From: Bacteroidetes bacterium GWF2_33_16
GTDB taxonomy: Bacteria > Bacteroidota > Bacteroidia > Bacteroidales > UBA12077
Direction: 5' to 3'
Length of the DNA: 64,000 nucleotides
Assembly (NCBI GenBank): GCA_001768565.1
Contig: MEOE01000011.1
Location: forward strand, 9,373 to 73,372
Position numbers and translations under genes: made by a program. Under the pieces are notes generated by a model. It was not told the origin of the DNA. It saw only the letters and a program-made list of their open reading frames with translations, and searched no databases. This document shows positions 49,579 through 58,275 of the stretch, in pieces. Positions within the stretch are counted from its first letter, which is position 1. Every line of letters begins with the position of its first letter.

Positions 49579-51348
49579 ATGAAATTCAGATTTACAATTG
49601 CTAGACGATTATTGTTGAGCTTTGGCTTAATTACAATTGCAATCCTGTTAAACAGCTTTTTTATTAATAATACTTTACAACAAAGCATTAAGAAAAATAA
49701 CGAGATATCTATGGTATATCTTCCTTCAGCTGAAATGTTAAGTAACCTTTCGGATATGATGGTAAGTTCAAAAATGCTAATTAAAAACTGGGTTTATATT
49801 GATAAAAAGCAAGATACTCCTGATAAAATAAAACTGCAGGAATTGCATCAGTCAACGTTTCATGAAACACATAAAGCTTTATCGAAGCTAACAATAAACT
49901 GGACTCCCGAAGAACAAAAGTGTTATAATGAAATATATCTTTCGGTAAAAGACACTTTATTTCCAATGCATCAGGATATTATGAACCGTTTGAGCACAAT
50001 TGAGGATTATGAAAACGTTTATATGATGATGTTTGATATTTATCCACTAGTTGAAGAGGGGGGTGATGTTATTGTTTTAAGTGATCGTAATATTGATCGT
50101 TTAAATAAACTTACAAAGCAGCTTCAGGCAAAAGTGCTATCCGAAAGAACAAATATGGAAGCTTCTTTTAATCGATTAGAAAATTTTATTTATATAGCCG
50201 GAATAATTCTTATAACTCTTGCTGTATTAATGGCTCTTTATCTGGGTAATAAAATTATACGTCCAGTTAAATATTTCAGAGAACATCTGATTAGTATGGC
50301 CAAAGGAGTTTTACCCAAACAGAAAGTTAAAGAAACGCAAGATGAGATTGGCGATATGGCCGCTGCTCTTAATGAATTAATCCGAGGTTTAAAAGAAACT
50401 ACTGAATTTGCGCTAGAAATTGGTAAGGGTAATTTTGAGTTTCAATTTGTACCATTAAGCGATGAAGATGATTTGGGAAATGGACTTCTTACAATGCGTA
50501 CGAACCTTAAACATGCGTCTGAAGAAGAAGAACGCAGACAAAAAGAAGATGCACAAAGAAACTGGTCATCACATGGAATTGCTAAATTCAGTGAAATATT
50601 ACGACAAAACAATGATAATGTTGAGAAACTTACTTATGATGTGATGAGCAATCTTGTAAAGTATTGCGAAGCTAATCAAGGTGGTTTATTCTTAATAAAT
50701 GATGATGATCAACGGAGAAAATATGTTGAGCTTGTAGCTTCATATGCCTATAATCGCAAGAAATTTTTAGATAAGCAGATTGAAATGGGAGTTGGACTTG
50801 TTGGCAGATCAATTCAAGAAGGTGAAACTATTTATATGACCGAAATTCCCGACAATTATATTACAATAACATCTGGTTTGGGAGATGATAACCCGAAAAG
50901 TTTGCTTATTGTGCCGCTTAAGGTTAATGATACTGTTTATGGTGTTATTGAAATGGCTTCGTTCAAGGAATTTGAAAAATATCAGATTGAATTCGTTGAA
51001 AAAATTGGAGAGAATATAGCTGCAACACTTTCGTCTGTAAAGATTAATATTAGAACAGCTCAGTTGCTTGAAACTACCAGACAACAGGCTGAAGAAATGA
51101 AAGCACAGGAAGAAGAAATGCGCCAAAATATGGAGGAGTTACAAGCTACTCAAGAGGAATCTGCGCGCCGTGAGTCTGAACTGGAGAAAAAAGTTGCTGA
51201 ATATGAACGATTGAGAAAACAACAAGAATCGTTTGTGAAAAAATTAGGTGGATCATTTTCAGGCGAGATGGTTTCTGCTCTTGATGAAGATGAAGACGAA
51301 GAAGTAAAGATTTCTAAGGATGATGATATAGATGTTGATGAAGACTAA
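49579..51348 (+). CDS. Membrane sensor: periplasmic four-helix domain, HAMP, GAF, coiled coil, acidic tail; no catalytic output domain
   Basis: Two TM helices; DEIGDMAAALN HAMP; GVGLVG...LLIVPLK...GVIEMAS GAF; QEEEMRQNMEELQATQEE coiled coil. Confidence 0.82.
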   Translation: MKFRFTIARRLLLSFGLITIAILLNSFFINNTLQQSIKKNNEISMVYLPSAEMLSNLSDMMVSSKMLIKNWVYIDKKQDTPDKIKLQELHQSTFHETHKALSKLTINWTPEEQKCYNEIYLSVKDTLFPMHQDIMNRLSTIEDYENVYMMMFDIYPLVEEGGDVIVLSDRNIDRLNKLTKQLQAKVLSERTNMEASFNRLENFIYIAGIILITLAVLMALYLGNKIIRPVKYFREHLISMAKGVLPKQKVKETQDEIGDMAAALNELIRGLKETTEFALEIGKGNFEFQFVPLSDEDDLGNGLLTMRTNLKHASEEEERRQKEDAQRNWSSHGIAKFSEILRQNNDNVEKLTYDVMSNLVKYCEANQGGLFLINDDDQRRKYVELVASYAYNRKKFLDKQIEMGVGLVGRSIQEGETIYMTEIPDNYITITSGLGDDNPKSLLIVPLKVNDTVYGVIEMASFKEFEKYQIEFVEKIGENIAATLSSVKINIRTAQLLETTRQQAEEMKAQEEEMRQNMEELQATQEESARRESELEKKVAEYERLRKQQESFVKKLGGSFSGEMVSALDEDEDEEVKISKDDDIDVDED

Positions 51349-51363
51349 ATACTATAGAGAATT

Positions 51364-51401
51364 AAAAAAAGTTCCGCAGTAATAACTACGGAACTTTTTT
51401 T
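51364..51401. terminator. Bidirectional terminator
   Basis: AAAAAAAGTTCCGCAGT-aata-ACTACGGAACTTTTTTT between convergent genes. Confidence 0.85.
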
Positions 51402-51430
51402 ATAATGTTATCTCGAATTATACAACTTAA

Positions 51431-52852
51431 CTATTTAATTTGGAATAGGAAGCCTGCTGATAAATATTGATTAAACGAATTACGCTTGATATATTCATTG
51501 GAAATATCTGCATAGTATTCAGAATCTGATTCAGTATAATTATAATCGACTGAATAATTAACATTCAATCTTAATTGTGGAGAAATATAGTAATACAAGT
51601 TTAAATAACTATTTGGAGTTAAAACTAAATGATTAATGCTGTTTTTTTCATCATTATACTTCTCTTCTCCAAACGAATTGAAATAATTCATAGCAAATGA
51701 TATATTTAAACTAGTTCTGGAATTTGGATAAAATCCTAAATTATAGCTCAATCTGGAAGTGATCTGAGGTGCATTTATATCAAGACTATTATCAAGGTTT
51801 GAGGCTGATACCCCATAGGTGCTTTCTAAATAAGTACCAATTAATAAAAAACTTAATGAATTTTGCCAATACAAGTTTATAGGCTTTTCATATATATATT
51901 GTAGGTTAGCATTAATACTATATTCATTCCTTTTAGACTCAAATTCAGTGATTAATAAATTCCCATTATCAATTTTACTATGATAATTACTGCTATATAT
52001 TTTTGGTTCTATACCAAAAGAAATTCGCTGTCCGGTATTTCTTATTATTGTAATAGCATAATCCCAATTATCATTAACTATTGTAAAATATTCTGAGTCA
52101 GCAGTATTAATTAGACCTTTTGATTGAAGAAAAGAATCAACTTCTTTAATCTCATGAATCTTTTTTAATCGGGAATCAAAAAAACGTTCATTCTGTAATT
52201 TTGAGATTAACTGTGAAAACTCAATTGTTTCTTCGTCAGAAGGAATCCTTGTAAGTTTTCCAAGCTTATTAAGTTCATCTAAAATATATAATGCTAGTCT
52301 ACAATCCTGAATTTGTTCTATTCTTCCAAACCCAATAAATAATGGTATCGATATACCTATATTTTTAGAATCAGAAAAATCAGTTCCAGGAAGATAATTT
52401 TTCTTATAATTGTGTAAACGAGTATTTAACAATAGATTGGCTTCAAAAAAGCTTTTTGAGTTATAATAAAATCGATTTTCACTTTTAATATATAAATAAC
52501 TGCCAATATCATAAGATTCATCTAATGTTTTGATTTCATTTTTGTTGTCAGAAAAACTTGAAGAAAAACCGATATCATATTTATGATTTAACTGCAATTT
52601 TTCACTGTTTTTGTAAAAAGAATAGCTTAGGTTCAAAGCACCCCCCATATAGTTTTGACTTTTATATAAATCAGATGTATACTTGTAGTTCTCATCCAAT
52701 ATCTGGCTTTTTCCATTCAGATCAAAATTAAAATCTAGTTGGTGCCGATTCATTTCAGGTAATTTATAACTTGAAAGATCAAAGGTATTTAATTGCGCAA
52801 ACACCATACTTGGCAATATACCAATTGCCATGGTGATAATTTGTTTTCTCAT
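51431..52852 (-). CDS. Hypothetical outer membrane beta-barrel protein
   Basis: Signal peptide, many Tyr/Asn/Ser-rich amphipathic strands, central helical insertion (GFGRIEQI...RFFDSRLK). Confidence 0.6.
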   Translation of the reverse strand: MRKQIITMAIGILPSMVFAQLNTFDLSSYKLPEMNRHQLDFNFDLNGKSQILDENYKYTSDLYKSQNYMGGALNLSYSFYKNSEKLQLNHKYDIGFSSSFSDNKNEIKTLDESYDIGSYLYIKSENRFYYNSKSFFEANLLLNTRLHNYKKNYLPGTDFSDSKNIGISIPLFIGFGRIEQIQDCRLALYILDELNKLGKLTRIPSDEETIEFSQLISKLQNERFFDSRLKKIHEIKEVDSFLQSKGLINTADSEYFTIVNDNWDYAITIIRNTGQRISFGIEPKIYSSNYHSKIDNGNLLITEFESKRNEYSINANLQYIYEKPINLYWQNSLSFLLIGTYLESTYGVSASNLDNSLDINAPQITSRLSYNLGFYPNSRTSLNISFAMNYFNSFGEEKYNDEKNSINHLVLTPNSYLNLYYYISPQLRLNVNYSVDYNYTESDSEYYADISNEYIKRNSFNQYLSAGFLFQIK

Positions 52853-52893
52853 AATCGAATTTTAGTTCAGGGTTAATATCAGGGCTACTAATT

Positions 52894-54060
52894 TTAACAA
52901 TTAAAAGCACTTAAAAGTTGGTTTAATGCATTTGCTAACGTTATACGGGGGCAGGCAACATTCATACGCATAAAACCCTCGCCTCCAGTGCCAAATGATT
53001 CACCAAAGTTCATGCCAATATTTGCTTTTTCAATAAAGAATCGGCTGAGCTCATCGCTATCTAAATTTAAATCTCTGCAATCAAGCCAAATAAGATAAGT
53101 ACCTTCGGGACGCATCATTTTTATTTGAGGTATTCGCTCTTTTAAAAATTTTTCAACAAAATCTATATTGCCAGCGATATAGTTAAGCAATTGTTTTAAC
53201 CATTCGTCGCCATTGTTATAAGCTGCTTCGGTTGCTGCAATCCCGAACATATTGCCTAATCCTACATGTATGGTGTGCATTATTTCATCGAATCGGGCTT
53301 TTAATTTGGGGTTCGAAATAATTACCGATGATGATGATAACCCAGCCATATTAAAGGTTTTGCTTGGAGCCATAAGAGCAATTGTAATATTTGCTATTTC
53401 CTCTGATATGGATGCTAATGGAACAAACTTATTTGGCTTAAAAACAAGATCGGAGTGAATTTCGTCTGTTACAACTAAAACCTTATGTTTTAAACACAAC
53501 TCGCCAAGTTTTTTCAGTTCTTCTTTTTTCCATACTGTTCCACCCGGATTATGTGGGTTTGAAAGAATCAACATTTTCGCATCTTTCAATTTATCTTCAA
53601 GGTTTCCAAAATCCATCTTAAACCTTCCATTCTCAAGTAATAATGGGTTCTCTACTACTTGACGATTGTTATCTTTAATGGTAAAGAAAAATGGAGGATA
53701 AACAGGTGGTTGTATAATAATCTTGTCGCCAGGCTGAGTAAACGCCAGAACCAATAAACTCAATGATGGAACAACACCAGGGCTAAATGAAATCCAATCT
53801 TGTTTTATTTCCCATTGATGATGTCGTTTAATCCAGTTAATAATAGATTCGTAATATGATTTATCAAAAAGAAAATATCCAAAAATCTGATTATCGGTAC
53901 ATTTTTTAAGTGCATCAACAATAAAATAGGGCGTTCTAAAATCCATATCGGCAACCCACATAGGAATTACATCCGATTTTCCAAATATCTTATTGCGAAG
54001 GTCGTACTTAAGCGAACCTGTATTTTCACGGTTTAGAAGTTCATCAAAATTATATTTCAT
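52894..54060 (-). CDS. patB: PatB/MalY-family PLP-dependent cystathionine beta-lyase
   Basis: PMWVADMDF, SNPHNPGG, DEIHSD, APSKTFN, EGTYLIWLD. Confidence 0.92.
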   Translation of the reverse strand: MKYNFDELLNRENTGSLKYDLRNKIFGKSDVIPMWVADMDFRTPYFIVDALKKCTDNQIFGYFLFDKSYYESIINWIKRHHQWEIKQDWISFSPGVVPSLSLLVLAFTQPGDKIIIQPPVYPPFFFTIKDNNRQVVENPLLLENGRFKMDFGNLEDKLKDAKMLILSNPHNPGGTVWKKEELKKLGELCLKHKVLVVTDEIHSDLVFKPNKFVPLASISEEIANITIALMAPSKTFNMAGLSSSSVIISNPKLKARFDEIMHTIHVGLGNMFGIAATEAAYNNGDEWLKQLLNYIAGNIDFVEKFLKERIPQIKMMRPEGTYLIWLDCRDLNLDSDELSRFFIEKANIGMNFGESFGTGGEGFMRMNVACPRITLANALNQLLSAFNC

Positions 54061-54070
54061 AAGAAAGCCC

Positions 54071-54095
54071 TTAGCTGCTAGCTTTTAGCTGTTAG
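54071..54095. repeat. Heptamer tandem array (TTAGCTG-like)
   Basis: ttagctg ctagctt ttagctg ttag; related array at 56531-56562. Confidence 0.6.
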
Positions 54096-54108
54096 TAGAA
54101 AAAAAAAG

Positions 54109-54747
54109 TTACTTTTTAGAATATCCCACTGTTTGACAATAAATTACATGTTTGTTCTCGCTTAAGTTGAGTATTTTAGCTAGCTCTTCTTTTTCGACCA
54201 TCGCTCTGAATACTGAGATTAATCCCTCTGAAGCGCAATATAAATAAACGTTTTGGCCAATAAATCCACAATGTGTTGCTGCTGTCATTGTTTTAATCTC
54301 ATCAGAAGCATTTCCTGCTTTCGAGAAATCAGAAACATATATCAGATTTGCACCTGCAACTTTAACAAAATCTTGTTTTCCTGTTGCTTCTCTAATATCA
54401 ATAGCAACTATTTTCTGAAGCGCATTATCTTTTGGTAAATATAGAAACGCACCATCTTTTGTGGCGATGTATATTTCCATATCCTGAATATTTCTTGAGG
54501 TTGGAATTGTGTGTTTACCAGTTTCTGCTCTGTTTATTCCGTATGCTGCCCAAAGCAAATCTGATATTTGTTGCTGGGTTAATTCTTTATCGATATATTC
54601 TCTACTTGATTGACGTTCGTTCATTGCCTGCATTAATGGTTTACCTCCGGTTTTGTTTGGTTCTGGAAGTTTTATTATTTCCTGCGCAATACTTTGATTA
54701 AGTATAAGTATACCTATTATTACTAGTACTAATTTAAATGTTCTCAT
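54109..54747 (-). CDS. Nitroreductase-family (SagB/ThcOx-like) oxidoreductase, exported
   Basis: IKLPEP, RQSSREY, LLWAAYGINR, GQNVYLYCASEGL, QTVGY. Confidence 0.88.
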   Translation of the reverse strand: MRTFKLVLVIIGILILNQSIAQEIIKLPEPNKTGGKPLMQAMNERQSSREYIDKELTQQQISDLLWAAYGINRAETGKHTIPTSRNIQDMEIYIATKDGAFLYLPKDNALQKIVAIDIREATGKQDFVKVAGANLIYVSDFSKAGNASDEIKTMTAATHCGFIGQNVYLYCASEGLISVFRAMVEKEELAKILNLSENKHVIYCQTVGYSKK

Positions 54748-54753
54748 ATAGTT

Positions 54754-55143
54754 TTATTTTTGATTTAAGTTATTCATAAATTTCTTTGAGTTTATTATAT
54801 ATCTTATATGTGTTCCTTCGCCAATTTTTCCTTCTTCATCATTAGCAACAACATGGAAAGTAAGTTTTTTACCATCTACTTCAGTTAAAGTAGCAGTGCA
54901 ATTTACTTCCATTCCAATAGGAGTAGGCTTAAAATGCCTAATGTTTACTTCAAATCCAACTGTATTAAGTTCGTCGCTTAAAAATGGCCGGACAGCTTCT
55001 AATGAAGCATGTTCCATAAGTGCAATCATTGCTGGAGTGGCGAATACTTCAACTAAGCCAGATCCATAATTTGCTGCAGTGTCTTTATATTCAACCTTTT
55101 GTGTAACAGTATGATCTATTCCTGGATGTAATTTTAATTCCAT
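54754..55143 (-). CDS. Hotdog-fold thioesterase (FlK fluoroacetyl-CoA thioesterase-like)
   Basis: [38 protein letters not shown]. Confidence 0.88.
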   Translation of the reverse strand: MELKLHPGIDHTVTQKVEYKDTAANYGSGLVEVFATPAMIALMEHASLEAVRPFLSDELNTVGFEVNIRHFKPTPIGMEVNCTATLTEVDGKKLTFHVVANDEEGKIGEGTHIRYIINSKKFMNNLNQK

Positions 55144-55193
55144 AGGTTTTATTTTTTTGTGAATAAAGATAACGAATTCAATTATTTAATAAT

Positions 55194-55224
55194 AAAAAAA
55201 GGTGCTGATAAAAATCAACACCTT
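55194..55224 (-). terminator. Terminator downstream of fprA
   Basis: AAGGTGCTGAT-aaaa-ATCAACACCTT hairpin preceded by an A-tract on +. Confidence 0.7.
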
Positions 55225-55242
55225 CTAATTTTTTTGCAGTAA

Positions 55243-56436
55243 TTATTTTAATTTTTCTGCTATTGCATTTGCAAGTATCTCGCATCGTTTAAATGTTTCG
55301 TCACCTGGAATCCCTTTTGAATCGATTGGTTCAGATACTAAGTCCCACTGAATTGTTTCATAAAATTTATGTAATGCTTTAACTCCTCCACCATTCCAGC
55401 TATACGAGCCAAATAATCCCAATAAATGGTCTTTTACTCCCATGTGTTCCAAAGTGCGGGTTAGATTTTCCATAGTAGGTAACATACCTGAATTATAAGC
55501 GGAGCTTCCTAAAACAACTCCTTTGTATCGCCATATTTCATTAATCAAATATGATATGTGTGTTTTTGATGCATCGTAAACTCTGATTTTCTTAATTCCG
55601 TTTTCAGATAATTTTCGAGCTATATAATCAGCCATCTTTGCTGTATTTCCATACATTGAGCCGTAAATAATTACCACACCTTTCTCCGTTTCATATTTAC
55701 TCCACTTATCATAAAGAGAAATAACCTTATTTACATCTGTTCTCCAAATGGGCCCATGTGTAGAGCAAATCATTTTAATCTCAACTCCTTTGAGTTTAGC
55801 AAATGCTTTTTGCACCATATTACTATATTGACCAACAATATTAGAGTAATAGCGACGCATATCTTCGAGGTAATAATCATCGAACTCAATTTCATCATCG
55901 AAAATGCCACCATCTAGTGTTCCGAAGCTTCCAAAAGCATCACCTGAAAATAAGATTTTATCAGTTACATCATATGTCATCATTGTTTCTGGCCAGTGAA
56001 CCCAGGGAGTCATTACAAATTTAAGTTTATGATAACCAAGAGATATTTCTTCACCATCTTCAACCTGTTTCCATTTATCCTGATAACCATAATATGATTC
56101 GAGAATTTTGAATGTTTTTAAATTCCCAATAATTTTAATATTTGGATATTTCTCAGTCACTGCCTTTATTGCTCCTGAGTGATCTGGCTCCATGTGGTTA
56201 ATTATCAGGTAGTCAATAGAGCGATCTTTACCTATTAATTCCTCTATCTTATCAAGATAATCATCAGCAGTAGAAAAATGTAATGTATCGACTAATGCAA
56301 TTTTTTCATCAATAATTAAATATGAATTATATGAAATACCATTTGGTATAGGCCATAAATTTTCAAAAAGATGTGTTCTGCGATCGTTTGCTCCAAGCCA
56401 ATAAATTTTATCTGAAACCTTAACTGTATTATGCAT
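55243..56436 (-). CDS. fprA: Flavodiiron protein (FprA; O2/NO reductase)
   Basis: NHMEPDHSG, HWPE, SGDAFG, HGPIW metallo-beta-lactamase ligands; SMYGNT flavodoxin loop. Confidence 0.94.
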   Translation of the reverse strand: MHNTVKVSDKIYWLGANDRRTHLFENLWPIPNGISYNSYLIIDEKIALVDTLHFSTADDYLDKIEELIGKDRSIDYLIINHMEPDHSGAIKAVTEKYPNIKIIGNLKTFKILESYYGYQDKWKQVEDGEEISLGYHKLKFVMTPWVHWPETMMTYDVTDKILFSGDAFGSFGTLDGGIFDDEIEFDDYYLEDMRRYYSNIVGQYSNMVQKAFAKLKGVEIKMICSTHGPIWRTDVNKVISLYDKWSKYETEKGVVIIYGSMYGNTAKMADYIARKLSENGIKKIRVYDASKTHISYLINEIWRYKGVVLGSSAYNSGMLPTMENLTRTLEHMGVKDHLLGLFGSYSWNGGGVKALHKFYETIQWDLVSEPIDSKGIPGDETFKRCEILANAIAEKLK

Positions 56437-56507
56437 GTTTACTTATTTTAATCATTCTAAATTGTAGGGCAAAAATAGTAAAATATTTTTATTGTAGAAT
56501 GATGATT

Positions 56508-56592
56508 TGTGAATAGTGAATTTGTAAAAAGCTTTTAGCTTAAAGCTATCAGCTGCTAGCTTCCAACTCACTATTCACCAGTCACATTTCAC
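56508..56592. repeat. Composite heptamer arrays: GTGAA-type, AGCT-type and inverted TCAC-type
   Basis: ttgtgaa tagtgaa tttgtaa; gctttta gcttaaa gctatca gctgcta; aactcac tattcac cagtcac atttcac. Confidence 0.65.
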
Positions 56593-56596
56593 AAGT

Positions 56597-57415
56597 TTAT
56601 TTTATCTCAGACGAAAGTGGATATTTCAGATTTTCTGTTGTTACAAGAGTGGCTTTAACCGATCCAATAAGTATTTTGGCATCGACTAATATAGGTATTC
56701 TGTTAAAATCATCGGTTACCCAAACAAAAAGATCCTCGCCTCCTTTAAATATTGTACCTTCAATAAGTTTAACAGAAAATTTCATGGTTCTGAATTTACG
56801 CTTATCGTGCGTATTGAGAATTTCTTTACCAAGATATCGTACATACAAATCATAGAATTCATTATCGAGTAGTATTCGAACAGGAATTTTATCGTTGACT
56901 TTATATTTATCAAAATCGATATTTCTGGTATAATACACTGCTGATAGAAGATCGAATGCATTCTTCTTTAGTTTAATAGTATCTTCTGTATAGGCTTTGT
57001 CTGTTTTTTTTATTCTGGTATAAACTAAGCTGTCATTATAATCAAAAAAACAGCGGTCAAGAACATTATATCCACCTTCAGAAGTGTTTCTTTCGAAGAA
57101 GAATGGTTTTAAGGTATTTACATCAGCATATGATTGAAAATAATCACGAACTTTATAAAACCAATCGTACGATTTTAAACTTGTACCAAAGGTATTAAAA
57201 AGAAAAGCACTTTCGTTTTTATACTTGGTTTCCGAAACTGTAAATTCAACAATACCGGCATTAAGCCATATAAATCCCCAATTATAAACAGCATTGTAGG
57301 TAATAGTTTCTCCATTTTTAAATACAGGAAATTTTTCAGTTAATAACTGGCTGAAGGCAGCATGGGTAAATGCAAGTTGTAATAAAAGAATAAGTAAAAC
57401 ATATTTGTTTTTCAC
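56597..57415 (-). CDS. DUF3108-family exported protein (GTG start)
   Basis: GETITYNAVYNWGFIWLNAG, FYKVRDYFQSY, DLLSAVYYTR, WVTDDFNRIP...IGSVKA. Confidence 0.8.
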   Translation of the reverse strand: MKNKYVLLILLLQLAFTHAAFSQLLTEKFPVFKNGETITYNAVYNWGFIWLNAGIVEFTVSETKYKNESAFLFNTFGTSLKSYDWFYKVRDYFQSYADVNTLKPFFFERNTSEGGYNVLDRCFFDYNDSLVYTRIKKTDKAYTEDTIKLKKNAFDLLSAVYYTRNIDFDKYKVNDKIPVRILLDNEFYDLYVRYLGKEILNTHDKRKFRTMKFSVKLIEGTIFKGGEDLFVWVTDDFNRIPILVDAKILIGSVKATLVTTENLKYPLSSEIK

Positions 57416-57430
57416 CCTAATTTATGTTTA

Positions 57431-58117
57431 TTAATAATCCCAAATATCAAATCCGGATCTATTAGGTGATATTGAATTAAAAAAGGGTGAGTATTGATTA
57501 AACGCGGGATTTAATCCGTTTGAATATTCAAATTGTGCTTTAATATGAACTTTATCAGAGATTTTATATCCAAAGCCAAGTGAAATGGATTTATAATCGG
57601 TATTATAATTTTGATTTTGATAATTACTAAATATTGATTGATTTTCGTAGTATGCGCCATCGCCAAAGATGCTCCATTTATTACTTAGCTGGTAGTAAAC
57701 AGAACCATTTATGCCATAATTTGCCGAATTTGAATTGTAACCAACTGGTGAGTAAGAAGATAAGTTCTTAGCTCCATCAAAGCTATTTTGCGTAATTATT
57801 CCGTTTATATTAATAAAAAGCTTATCGCCTGCTTGATAATTAATACTTGGAGCTATATATGAGCTCATCATCGATAAGTTATTGGAAAACGAGCTGTAAC
57901 CAGCACCAACATTAACCGAATACGTGAATCGATCGTTGAATTTTAATAAGGTTTGCTTTTTGGGTTCTTCGTTCGATTCGCTTGAATCATTTTTATTATC
58001 ATCAATCTTTGAATGGTCTATGGGCAGATAATATTTTGGTAGCAAAGGGCGTATCTGTGCTGAAGAATAATTTAAGGTACAAAGGATAACGGCAAAGAAT
58101 AAAATAATTGTTTTCAT
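57431..58117 (-). CDS. Hypothetical exported / outer membrane protein
   Basis: Signal peptide; amphipathic strands YSVNVGAGYS, YGINGSVYYQL, SLGFGYKI. Confidence 0.6.
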   Translation of the reverse strand: MKTIILFFAVILCTLNYSSAQIRPLLPKYYLPIDHSKIDDNKNDSSESNEEPKKQTLLKFNDRFTYSVNVGAGYSSFSNNLSMMSSYIAPSINYQAGDKLFININGIITQNSFDGAKNLSSYSPVGYNSNSANYGINGSVYYQLSNKWSIFGDGAYYENQSIFSNYQNQNYNTDYKSISLGFGYKISDKVHIKAQFEYSNGLNPAFNQYSPFFNSISPNRSGFDIWDY

Positions 58118-58244
58118 ACCTACTAAATTTTACTTAACAAACGTTAATAAAAAATCTGTTATTGTTACAAAAATAAGAATTTTAATGATTATTAAATACT
58201 TCACTAATACTAAAAAATGTTAAACATTAATCTTTATTACAAAC

Positions 58245-58272
58245 CAATCACTAATCACAAGTCACCATTCAC
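58245..58272. repeat. Heptamer tandem array (nnnTCAC x4)
   Basis: caatcac taatcac aagtcac cattcac immediately 3' of the relA stop codon. Confidence 0.65.
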
Positions 58273-58275
58273 TTG

